A DNA stretch of 64,000 bases from Bacteroidota bacterium. GTDB taxonomy: Bacteria > Bacteroidota > Bacteroidia > NS11-12g > UBA955. Both the position numbers and the translations under genes were made by a program. Where the stretch lies: the NCBI GenBank assembly GCA_030833525.1, contig JAURGZ010000003.1, positions 4,324-68,323 of the forward strand, given 5' to 3'. Below the pieces are notes generated by a model. It had not been told where the DNA came from, did not search any database, and saw only the letters and a program-made list of their open reading frames with translations. Below are positions 53,558-61,977 of this stretch, piece by piece; the first letter of the stretch is position 1; each line of letters opens with the position of its first letter.

Positions 53558-56248
53558 ATGAGCAAACTGCGCATAGCCATATTGTTTGGAGGAAGCAGCC
53601 GAGAACGCGAAGTTTCCTTTGCAGGAGGTAGAACCGTATACGACAACCTTGACAAAAGCCTGTTTGAGGCCATTCCCATTTTTGTCGACTCGTTTGGAAA
53701 CATGGTCGTGTTGGATTGGCCCTTGGTCTACAAAGGGAGCATACGCGATTTCTACCCACCCGCCGAGGCCTTGCCAGCCCTTCCCTATGGATTTCAGGTC
53801 TATGCTGAAAGTTTGCAGCCCCAAAACCTGAACCAGGAAAAGGAATTGTTGAAAAGCTTGGGTACTCCCATCGAGCCCAGCGAACTTCGAAACCTAGCCG
53901 ACTTTGTTTTTCTGGCGCTTCACGGCACCCAAGGAGAAGACGGCACCATTCAAGGCATGCTGGAATGGCTAGGCCTGCCCTACAGCGGGTCGGGCATTTT
54001 TGCTTCAGCGATGGGCATTGACAAGGAGCGCCAAAAAGCCTGGCAGACCGAGTTGGGTTTGTTTGTCAATCGCTATCAACGCTTGGCTCGCAGCCAGTGG
54101 ATGAGTTGGAACAAAGCTGAGCGAAACCAATACCTTTCGAGCGTTCTGGCCGACTTGGGCCCGAATTGCGTCATCAAACCGGCTCACCAAGGATCCAGCT
54201 TGGGTGTTAGTTTGCTGAAAAACCCTTCGTTTGAAGCCTTTGAACAAGCAGTCAATGCGGCTTTCTTTCGTTTGAATCTAGCCGCCAGCGAGTGGAAATC
54301 ACTGAGTTTAGAAAACCAAATCGAACGGGTCAAAGAACTGACTGACCTTCGCTCTGGCCTGGGATTGCCCCTTACGCTCAACGGCACCCCCTACCACAGA
54401 CCTGACGACCTGCTTCATGCCTTGCAGCTTGAAGCCGAAAAGGGAAGCGAAATGTGGCTCGAGTCGCCCGATAGCGAATCGGTGGTATTGATTGAAACGC
54501 TCATCGAGGGCAAGGAATTCAGCTGCATTGTCGTCAGCGATGAAAAAGGGCAGCCCTTCGCTTTACCCCCTACTGAAATTCGCAAAAACAGCGCTCTGTT
54601 TGATTACCGTTCCAAATACCTGCCGGGATTGAGTCGCAAGGTGACGCCCATGGAGGTGTCTGATGCCCATTTGCAGCAAATTCGAGAAGCTTGTTGCACC
54701 TTGTACAATGCCTTGGGATTTGAAGTGTACGCCCGCATCGATGGTTTTTTGCAAAACGATGGCACTTTGTTTCTGAACGACCCCAATACCACGAGCGGCA
54801 TGATGCCTAGCTCCTTTTTCTTTCACCAAGCAGCCGAAATTGGACTCAACCCCAGTCAATTCCTCAGCTTCATCGTGCACCGAAGCTTGGAAGCTCGCAT
54901 CGCGGCGCATCCCATGGGAGAAAAACACAGACCCCTCTTGAGAGCCTTGCAGCAATCGCTGTCAGCGCGCCAAAACCAAAAATCCAGCCTAAGACGCATC
55001 GCCGTTATCATGGGTGGCTACAGCTTCGAACGGCACATATCCATGGAAAGTGGCCGCAACATTTATGAAAAATTGGCCAGCAGCGCCGAATTCGAACCCA
55101 TACCCTTGTTTTTGGCCGGTGATTCAAAGTCATATCGACTGATTGAAATGCCCATAGCCTTCATGTTGAAGGACAATGCCGATGACATACGAGCCAAATT
55201 GGAAGATTTTCATGTGCATTCGCTGCTGAAGCAAATTCAAACTGAATCTGCGGCTTGGACCTCGGTTTTTTCAGCCGGCAAAGTCTTGCACCAACCTCGT
55301 GAAATTTCCTTGGAGCAATTGGCGAAAGAAGCAGATGGGGTATTCATTGCCTTACACGGAAGACCGGGAGAAGACGGAACCCTTCAACAAGATTTGGCGG
55401 CAGTAGGCCTTTATCACAATGGAAGTTTGGCTCATTCAGCTTCGATTACCATCAACAAATACGAAACCAATCGCCGTTTGCGGGAACTCGGATTTTCAGT
55501 TGCCGACCACCGCCTGGTCTCTCGAAACGAATGGGAACAAGAACCCCGTTTGGCCGAGGAATTGAGCCGGGACTTTGGCCTTCCCCTGATTGCCAAACCA
55601 GCCGACGACGGTTGCAGCGCAGCGGTTCGCAAAATCAAGAGCACCGAAGAACTAGCAGCCTTCATGGCCGCCATTTTTCGCCCGGCTGGACCTGTATCAG
55701 CTGAGTTGATGCAAGCCTTGCGCATTCACGAAAACGACGAATTCCCCAGCAAGCCAGAGCTTTTGATCGAGCGCTTCATAGACCGTGAAGATGCCGACCA
55801 TTTCTTGGAAATAACAGGGGGCATGGTTACCCATTACGATGCCCATGGTCAATTGCAATACGAAGTATTTGAACCATCAGAGGCCTTGGCTGAATCTGAA
55901 ATCCTCTCTTTGGAGGAAAAATTCCTAGCTGGCGAAGGGCAAAATTTGACCCCATCACGTTTTTCTCCCAAGCCCGAAGAACAAGCTCGTATCAGTCAAG
56001 AAGTGCGCAACACGTTAGAAGCCGTTGCACGGGCGCTCGATGTTACAGGCTATTGCCGCATCGATGCTTTTGTCAAAATTTGGCATAGCGGCAAGGTAGA
56101 AACCGTCATCATTGAAGTGAATTCCTTGCCCGGGATGACACCGGCTACCTGCATTTATCACCAAGCCTCATTAAATGGGTACAAACCTTTTGAATTCATT
56201 CGGGAAATCCTCAATTTTGGGCGTGAGCAAAAAGCCCTGAACGCATGA
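53558..56248 (+). CDS. ddl: Tandem (two-module) D-alanine--D-alanine ligase-like ATP-grasp protein
   Basis: Module 1 (about 53558-54960): RIAILFGGSSREREVS, LALHGTQGEDGTIQGMLE, IKPAHQGSSLGV, ARIDGFL, LNDPNTTSGM. Module 2 (about 54992-56248): RIAVIMGGYSFERHIS, IALHGRPGEDGTLQQDL, AKPADDGCSAAV, CRIDAFV, IEVNSLPGMT. Confidence 0.8.
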   Translation: MSKLRIAILFGGSSREREVSFAGGRTVYDNLDKSLFEAIPIFVDSFGNMVVLDWPLVYKGSIRDFYPPAEALPALPYGFQVYAESLQPQNLNQEKELLKSLGTPIEPSELRNLADFVFLALHGTQGEDGTIQGMLEWLGLPYSGSGIFASAMGIDKERQKAWQTELGLFVNRYQRLARSQWMSWNKAERNQYLSSVLADLGPNCVIKPAHQGSSLGVSLLKNPSFEAFEQAVNAAFFRLNLAASEWKSLSLENQIERVKELTDLRSGLGLPLTLNGTPYHRPDDLLHALQLEAEKGSEMWLESPDSESVVLIETLIEGKEFSCIVVSDEKGQPFALPPTEIRKNSALFDYRSKYLPGLSRKVTPMEVSDAHLQQIREACCTLYNALGFEVYARIDGFLQNDGTLFLNDPNTTSGMMPSSFFFHQAAEIGLNPSQFLSFIVHRSLEARIAAHPMGEKHRPLLRALQQSLSARQNQKSSLRRIAVIMGGYSFERHISMESGRNIYEKLASSAEFEPIPLFLAGDSKSYRLIEMPIAFMLKDNADDIRAKLEDFHVHSLLKQIQTESAAWTSVFSAGKVLHQPREISLEQLAKEADGVFIALHGRPGEDGTLQQDLAAVGLYHNGSLAHSASITINKYETNRRLRELGFSVADHRLVSRNEWEQEPRLAEELSRDFGLPLIAKPADDGCSAAVRKIKSTEELAAFMAAIFRPAGPVSAELMQALRIHENDEFPSKPELLIERFIDREDADHFLEITGGMVTHYDAHGQLQYEVFEPSEALAESEILSLEEKFLAGEGQNLTPSRFSPKPEEQARISQEVRNTLEAVARALDVTGYCRIDAFVKIWHSGKVETVIIEVNSLPGMTPATCIYHQASLNGYKPFEFIREILNFGREQKALNA

Positions 56249-56838
56249 AAAACTGGATTCAAAATTTAGCCTTGGCAGCCGGCGCGTTTGCTGCATTGCT
56301 CTTGATCATCTACCTGGGTCTAGGAACCTACACCCGTCATGGAGACCACATCGTGGTTCCCGATGTAGTCAATTTGCGACCCGAAAATGCAGCCGAAAGT
56401 TTGGAAGCGCTGGGCCTGCAAATGACGGTCATTGATTCGCAATACGCACCCGATAAAAGACCAGGCATCGTTTTGGCGCAGCTTCCCTATGCGGGAGAAG
56501 ATGTCAAAGAAGGCCGCATGGTATACCTGACCATCAATACGGTCAACAAGCCAACCGTTCGCATGCCCAATCTCATTGACCAAAGCCTCACCCTCAGTGC
56601 GGCTTTGCTCAAAAGCAGAGGCCTGGTTTTGGGTCAAGTGATGTATCAACCCAGCACCGAAGGAAACAACTTGGTCATAGCCCAGTCTTACAAAGGGCAG
56701 CCTGTGTCTGAAGGAACTTCGCTGGTGATTGGCTCCAAAATCGACCTAACGGTCATCCAAGTTCAAACCGGTGCAGTGGACAGTCTTATGACCGAAGAAT
56801 TGCCCCTGAATGGAAGAGATTCTAGGTCTGGGCAATAA
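56245..56838 (+). CDS. PASTA-domain protein with an N-terminal membrane anchor
   Basis: TM helix, then PASTA-like repeats beginning VPDVVNLRPENAAESLEALGL and MPNLIDQSLTLSAALLKSRGL. ATGA overlap with the ddl-like gene. Confidence 0.8.
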   Translation: MKNWIQNLALAAGAFAALLLIIYLGLGTYTRHGDHIVVPDVVNLRPENAAESLEALGLQMTVIDSQYAPDKRPGIVLAQLPYAGEDVKEGRMVYLTINTVNKPTVRMPNLIDQSLTLSAALLKSRGLVLGQVMYQPSTEGNNLVIAQSYKGQPVSEGTSLVIGSKIDLTVIQVQTGAVDSLMTEELPLNGRDSRSGQ

Positions 56839-56880
56839 TTAGCGGTAAATTGCGTTATCGTAAAACGCAGCGCGCGTCTC

Positions 56881-58800
56881 ATGCCCAGATTCGGTTTCGT
56901 TATTTCTTCCCTTTTGTTGTTCTTCGGAACCTCCCCCTTGCAGGCTCAAGGTTTGCGGGTGTATCCATTGGCGGCGCGCTGGGCAGAACCCGCATTGTCG
57001 AATTCAACCTTAGCCTGGGGCATAACCGACACATTAAGCCTTCCCTTTTTCGAAGATTTTGCTGAACCCGGTCATCGACCCAATGCTAAACGTTGGACCG
57101 ATCGCCAAGCCTGGATCAATCAAGGATTCGCACAAAATCTTCCTAACATTCAAGCCGCCACTTTGGACCATCTCAATGAATGGGGTCAACCCTATCATTA
57201 CTTGGATCCAAACAGCCGTGTTTGGGCCGACACCCTGTGCAGCCAGCCCATCAACCTTCAGTATTATGCTTCTGGCAGCAGCACGGTCAACTACAAACCG
57301 GCCGATTCCCTGTATTTGAGCTTCTTTTTAGAGAGAGGCGGTTTGGGGGATTTGCCCGAGTCCAGCGACAGCTTGGTACTCAGCTTCAAGACCAACAATG
57401 GAGAATGGATTCCCGTTTGGCGAATGGCCGGGGGGGCATACTTGAGTCGAGAAGTTTTCATTCCCATTTCTGAATACAGGTTCTTAGGTCCCACCTTTCA
57501 ATTTCGGTTCAACAATTTCACCAAAGCCACCGGCAACCTCAACCATTGGAACCTCGACTACATTCGGTTGAATAAAAACCGCAGCATCAAAGAAGCGAGT
57601 TTGGAAGATATTGGCATTTTCCACTTCAAACCCGGCTTGTTTCACGATTATTACAACATTCCATTTGACCATTACGCTGGCAACCGCATTCAAGCCAAAG
57701 GCGAGGGTTCCGAACTGGTCATTCGAAACAGCGGTGTGAACGCTAGCGACGTTCGCACTTCGTTGAAAATCAGCAACCAATACGGCCAAGTCATTTACGA
57801 CAAACCCTTTAGTTCCTCTTCCTTATCCATAGACGGGTTGAGCAACATTCAACAAAAAATCGAATTGGGTCCCTTTGATACCTTAAGCGGCACGGCGCCT
57901 GAATTGCATTTTGATGTGCGAATCAACCCGGCTAAACACGACAGCACAGCCATTCGCTATCAGGCGACTACGAGCAACAACCGCTGGGAATACGTGCACA
58001 AAGTTCAGCCCTGGTACGCCTACGATGACGGCAGCGCAGAAGGCGGATTCGGCCTCGATTATGCTCACCTTGGCAACATCAAAGGCCAATTTGCCATGGA
58101 ATTCACCACCTACCAAGACGATTCCTTGAGAGGCCTGGCCATTCAATTCAATCAAAGCAAAACCGATGTCAGCACCAAGGGTTTTCGCCTTCGCATTTGG
58201 AAAGCCATCTCCCCGTTGAGCGGCCCTGACAACCAAGATCAACTGATTTATGAATGGTTCATGGATGCCCCCATTTACCGAGATTCGGTCAATGAATTCA
58301 CCTATGTCTTTTTCGATAGCGTCTTGTATTTACCCAAGGGTCAATACTACGCCGGTTGGTTGCAATCCATTCCCTATGTTCTCAACGTAGGATACGACAA
58401 CAATTACCGCTTTAGCCAAGACCCGAACCAGGCGAATCCCCACTTGTTTTACAATTTGTTAGGCAGCTGGGAGCGCGCAGACTACAGCGTAAAAGGAACA
58501 CCCATGATTCGTTTGCTGATGGGCGGTAGAGAATCGTACCTGTTCCACACCCAGCAAGCATCCATTTTCGAAATCAGCGCATATCCCAACCCCACCACCG
58601 ATTACTTGAACATACAGGGAATTGCCGAATCAGAAATCGAAGAATGTTTGGTTGTGGATGCCAATGGCCGTCAAGTGCCCGTGTGGAGAAACGGCCATCA
58701 ATTGGATATACACCATTTGAGCAACGGCCGCTACACCTTAGTTTTGCGAACACGCCAGGGCCAAAGAGCCTACTGGCACTTCGTTAAACTGAACCCATGA
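56881..58800 (+). CDS. Secreted protein with a T9SS type A C-terminal sorting domain
   Basis: Signal peptide ending PLQAQG. N-terminal LPFFEDFAE...WTD. C-terminal SAYPNPTTDYLNIQG....GRYTLVLRT. No function recognised. Confidence 0.75.
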   Translation: MPRFGFVISSLLLFFGTSPLQAQGLRVYPLAARWAEPALSNSTLAWGITDTLSLPFFEDFAEPGHRPNAKRWTDRQAWINQGFAQNLPNIQAATLDHLNEWGQPYHYLDPNSRVWADTLCSQPINLQYYASGSSTVNYKPADSLYLSFFLERGGLGDLPESSDSLVLSFKTNNGEWIPVWRMAGGAYLSREVFIPISEYRFLGPTFQFRFNNFTKATGNLNHWNLDYIRLNKNRSIKEASLEDIGIFHFKPGLFHDYYNIPFDHYAGNRIQAKGEGSELVIRNSGVNASDVRTSLKISNQYGQVIYDKPFSSSSLSIDGLSNIQQKIELGPFDTLSGTAPELHFDVRINPAKHDSTAIRYQATTSNNRWEYVHKVQPWYAYDDGSAEGGFGLDYAHLGNIKGQFAMEFTTYQDDSLRGLAIQFNQSKTDVSTKGFRLRIWKAISPLSGPDNQDQLIYEWFMDAPIYRDSVNEFTYVFFDSVLYLPKGQYYAGWLQSIPYVLNVGYDNNYRFSQDPNQANPHLFYNLLGSWERADYSVKGTPMIRLLMGGRESYLFHTQQASIFEISAYPNPTTDYLNIQGIAESEIEECLVVDANGRQVPVWRNGHQLDIHHLSNGRYTLVLRTRQGQRAYWHFVKLNP

Positions 58801-59114
58801 ACACTGACATTTCTGTAATTGAATTCAAAAAGCGCATAGACGCTGGTGAAACCTTACGCCTTTTAGACGTACGAGAACCCTATGAATTTGAAGAATCCAA
58901 TCTCAACGGCCTGCTCATTCCATTGGGTGATTTGCCTTCACGCTGGGAAGAAATACAGGATTGGAAAGACCATGAAGTAGTTGTTCACTGCAAGTCAGGT
59001 GCGCGCAGCGGCACGGCCAAACTATTTTTGCAACAGCTGGGATTCACCCAAGTGCGCAACCTCTTGGGAGGAATTCTCGACTATCAGCGTGAGTTTCCTA
59101 GCGAAGAAGCCTAA
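58797..59114 (+). CDS. Single-domain rhodanese (sulfurtransferase-like)
   Basis: 105 aa with the active-site loop HCKSGARS. No signal peptide. ATGA overlap with the upstream gene. Confidence 0.85.
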   Translation: MNTDISVIEFKKRIDAGETLRLLDVREPYEFEESNLNGLLIPLGDLPSRWEEIQDWKDHEVVVHCKSGARSGTAKLFLQQLGFTQVRNLLGGILDYQREFPSEEA

Positions 59115-59117
59115 ACC

Positions 59118-61094
59118 GTGAAGCGGCGTTGGCCCATATGGATTTGTTTCCTGTTGCCGCTAGCTTGGGCTGTTATCGTAGTGGGTTCTTGTTCCAACAA
59201 TCAAGCCGCAGCGACGGCTGATTCATCAGCCCGTAGTCCCTTTCTCAACCTGAACGATTCGGTAGGTTATGTGGGCATAGAGACCTGCAGAGGCTGCCAC
59301 AGCGACAAGCACAGCACCTTCACGCATACGGGAATGGGCGAGAGTTTTGGCCTGGCTACCCGTGAAAAAAGTGCGGCTCGTTTTCAACAAAAGGCCGTTT
59401 ACGACGCCAAGCGAAACTTTTACTATTGGCCGTATTGGGAAAGCGATTCCCTGCGCATTCTGGAATTTCGACTTCAAGGTCGAGATACGGTATACAAGCG
59501 CATCGAGACCATTCGGTACATCATCGGTTCAGGCCAACATACCAATAGCCATTTTTGGGTAGACGGGAACACCCTGTACCAAGCCCCCCTTACCTACTAC
59601 ACTCAAGAAGGGAAATGGGACCTCCCACCGGGATACGAAACCCACAACACCCGTTTTCAGCGAAAAATCGATTTGGAATGCATGAGCTGCCACAATGCCA
59701 TGCCTCATGTGAAAAAAGGTTCAGTCAACGCGTTTGATCGACTGCCCATGGGCATAGATTGCGAGCGTTGCCACGGGCCCGGTGAATTGCACGTAGCCCA
59801 AAAAAAGGCCGGCATTTTGGTGGATACCCGAAAGCAAGCCGACTACAGCATTGTCAATCCCAGGAGATTGCCTTGGAGTTTGCAGGTTGACATTTGCCAG
59901 CGCTGCCATTTGCAAGGCAACAACGTACTCAAACCGGGCAAAAACTTCGATGATTTTAGGCCGGGAATGAAGCTTAGCGACGTTTTCGAAGTATACATGC
60001 CTCGATACGAAAACAGCGACTATTTCGTCATGGCGGGTCATGCAGAACGGCTGGCCATGAGTGCCTGTTTCATCAAAAGCAACCAGGGAATTGAAACCGA
60101 AGCCTATAATCCCGGCACCCACCTCACTTGCATCAACTGCCACAACCCGCATGTGAGTGTCAAACAGACCCGCCTCGACAGCTTCAACCAGCAGTGCCAA
60201 CAATGCCACCAAGCCGGCTCTTCGCGATCGAGCTTGCACCGATGTTTATTGAGTCCTGCAGAGCAAAAACGCAATCCCAAGGGCTGTGTGTCCTGCCACA
60301 TGCCCGCCAGCGACACCCGCGACATTCCCCATGTCACCGTGCACGATCACCGCATTCAACGACCCCAATCAAAGTCTCAAGCGCTTGTATCGGGTCGAGC
60401 CTTGGATTTGTATGCCGTCAACAACCCCAACCCCAGCCCCGCTATGCTTGCCAAAGCCTACGTGAGTTGGTTTGAAAAATTCGACCCTCAAGAGTTTTGG
60501 CTGCAAAAAGCCGATAGTTTGATGCGGGCCTATCCCGAGCAAATGAGTCTTGAACTGCGCATACAACTGGATTACATGCGCCACGACGACCGCAGTTTGA
60601 TACAGCGCGCACAAGGTCTGGAATTGGGCCAAACCGATGCGTGGACCGCCTACCGAATGGCCAAAGCTTGGGACCGAAGCCAAAATCTTGACAAAGCCTT
60701 AGAAGCCTACAAACGCGCCTATGAATCATTGCCCTTGTACAGCGATTTTGGTGCTGAATACGCCAACGCGTTGATTCGTGCCAAACGCTTGAACGAAGCC
60801 CAAACTGTACTGAGTACCTTGCTTCGCGAACAACCGAAAAACGAATGGCTTTGGTTGAACCAAGGGCTTTTGGCCAGTCTTCAAGGCCGAAGCTCAGAAG
60901 CCATAACCGCTTGGAATCGATTGCTGGAGTTGAACCCTGATCACCTGGAAGGGCATCTCTACCTGTCAGAATGGTACGAGAGATTGGGTAAAACCGGGGC
61001 GGCCCTGATGCATGCTGAAGCTGCATTTCGAGCGCATTCGAACAGCCAAGAGGCCGAAAAACGAGTCGTTCGCCTACGGTCCTTAAATCCTTAA
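59118..61094 (+). CDS. Lipoprotein with seven CxxCH haem-c motifs and a C-terminal TPR domain
   Basis: GTG start. Signal peptide with lipobox VVGSC. Haem motifs CRGCH, CMSCH, CERCH, CQRCH, CINCH, CQQCH and CVSCH lie between nt 59286 and 60299. The C-terminal ~170 aa are TPR-like (AYRMAKAWDRSQNLDKALEAYKRAY...). Confidence 0.8.
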   Translation: MKRRWPIWICFLLPLAWAVIVVGSCSNNQAAATADSSARSPFLNLNDSVGYVGIETCRGCHSDKHSTFTHTGMGESFGLATREKSAARFQQKAVYDAKRNFYYWPYWESDSLRILEFRLQGRDTVYKRIETIRYIIGSGQHTNSHFWVDGNTLYQAPLTYYTQEGKWDLPPGYETHNTRFQRKIDLECMSCHNAMPHVKKGSVNAFDRLPMGIDCERCHGPGELHVAQKKAGILVDTRKQADYSIVNPRRLPWSLQVDICQRCHLQGNNVLKPGKNFDDFRPGMKLSDVFEVYMPRYENSDYFVMAGHAERLAMSACFIKSNQGIETEAYNPGTHLTCINCHNPHVSVKQTRLDSFNQQCQQCHQAGSSRSSLHRCLLSPAEQKRNPKGCVSCHMPASDTRDIPHVTVHDHRIQRPQSKSQALVSGRALDLYAVNNPNPSPAMLAKAYVSWFEKFDPQEFWLQKADSLMRAYPEQMSLELRIQLDYMRHDDRSLIQRAQGLELGQTDAWTAYRMAKAWDRSQNLDKALEAYKRAYESLPLYSDFGAEYANALIRAKRLNEAQTVLSTLLREQPKNEWLWLNQGLLASLQGRSSEAITAWNRLLELNPDHLEGHLYLSEWYERLGKTGAALMHAEAAFRAHSNSQEAEKRVVRLRSLNP

Positions 61095-61099
61095 ATTTG
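61092..61099 (+). promoter_or_regulatory. -7 box (TAAATTTG), 4 nt upstream of the scoB ATG, overlapping the preceding stop codon
   Basis: TAAATTTG-caac-ATG. Confidence 0.4.
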
Positions 61100-61103
61100 C
61101 AAC

Positions 61104-61757
61104 ATGCTCGATAAATTCGGAATCGCAAAGCGCATCGCACAAGAGTTGCAAGATGGTTTCTATGTGAACCTTGGCATTGGCATTCCCACCTTGGTGGCCA
61201 ACTACATTCCCGACGGGATGGAAGTGGTATTGCAAAGCGAAAACGGGCTTTTGGGCATGGGTGCTTTCCCCTTTGAGGGAGAAGAAGACCCTGATTTGAT
61301 CAATGCCGGTAAACAAACCGTAACCATGGTTCCCGGCGCATCCTTGTTTGACAGTGCTACGAGTTTTGGCATGATTCGAGCCGGCAAAGTAGACCTGACG
61401 GTATTAGGGGCTATGGAAGTAGCCGATAACGGCGATATCGCCAACTGGAAGATTCCTGGCAAAATGGTCAAAGGTATGGGCGGTGCCATGGATTTGGTGG
61501 CTTCGGCAAAAAACATCATCGTGGCCATGCAACACACCAACAAAGCCGGCGAAAGCAAATTGCTGTCAGCTTGCACCCTTCCCATTACGGGATTGGGCTG
61601 TGTCAAGAAGGTTGTAACCGAATTGGGGGTATTCGACATTACCCATCGGGGTTTTGAATTGAAAGAGATGGCCCCAGGGGTAAGCGTCGAGGAAATCAAA
61701 GCCAAGACGGCGGGTCGCCTAGTGGTAGAGGGCGACATCAAAACCGTTCAGATTTAA
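61104..61757 (+). CDS. scoB: 3-oxoacid CoA-transferase subunit B
   Basis: [24 protein letters not shown], the catalytic-Glu motif SENGLLGMG, and GMGGAMDLV. Confidence 0.9.
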   Translation: MLDKFGIAKRIAQELQDGFYVNLGIGIPTLVANYIPDGMEVVLQSENGLLGMGAFPFEGEEDPDLINAGKQTVTMVPGASLFDSATSFGMIRAGKVDLTVLGAMEVADNGDIANWKIPGKMVKGMGGAMDLVASAKNIIVAMQHTNKAGESKLLSACTLPITGLGCVKKVVTELGVFDITHRGFELKEMAPGVSVEEIKAKTAGRLVVEGDIKTVQI

Positions 61758-61760
61758 AGC

Positions 61761-61931
61761 TTACTGCGAGCGGTATTTTTTGTTGCGCTCAGAGGCGGCG
61801 TCGCTGTTTTTCTTGTATCGCTTCAATACCCAAATGACGGCGGCAAATACGACAGCGCCGAAGACGATTTCCCAAACAAATACATTCAACTGAAATGCGG
61901 TGTATTCGGCCGAATCCAAGGGGTTTTGCAT
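61761..61931 (-). CDS. Hypothetical 56-aa single-pass membrane protein
   Basis: MQNPLDSAEYTAFQLNVFVWEIVFGAVVFAAVIWVLKRYKK.... The start at 61931 is supported by a consensus -7 box 5 nt upstream. The longer ORF-track start would overlap the divergent gene. Confidence 0.45.
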   Translation of the reverse strand: MQNPLDSAEYTAFQLNVFVWEIVFGAVVFAAVIWVLKRYKKNSDAASERNKKYRSQ

Positions 61932-61936
61932 GGGTA

Positions 61937-61944
61937 CAAAGATA
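61937..61944 (-). promoter_or_regulatory. -7 box (TATCTTTG), 5 nt upstream of the 61931 ATG
   Basis: The reverse strand reads TATCTTTG-taccc-ATG. Confidence 0.4.
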
Positions 61945-61977
61945 GGCCATTTGGCAATCGCGTTGTAACTTGCCCCT

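Noticed and set aside
56851-56869. Hairpin TGCGTT-atcgtaa-AACGCA after the PASTA gene
   Set aside because: It has a short 6-bp stem with no following T-run, so it is not convincing as an intrinsic terminator. I found no alternative function.
61081-61096. Tandem direct repeat CCTTAAAT-CCTTAAAT
   Set aside because: It has only two 8-bp copies. It is explained as the end of the haem/TPR gene (..SLNP-stop) plus the scoB -7 box, and is not a repeat element.
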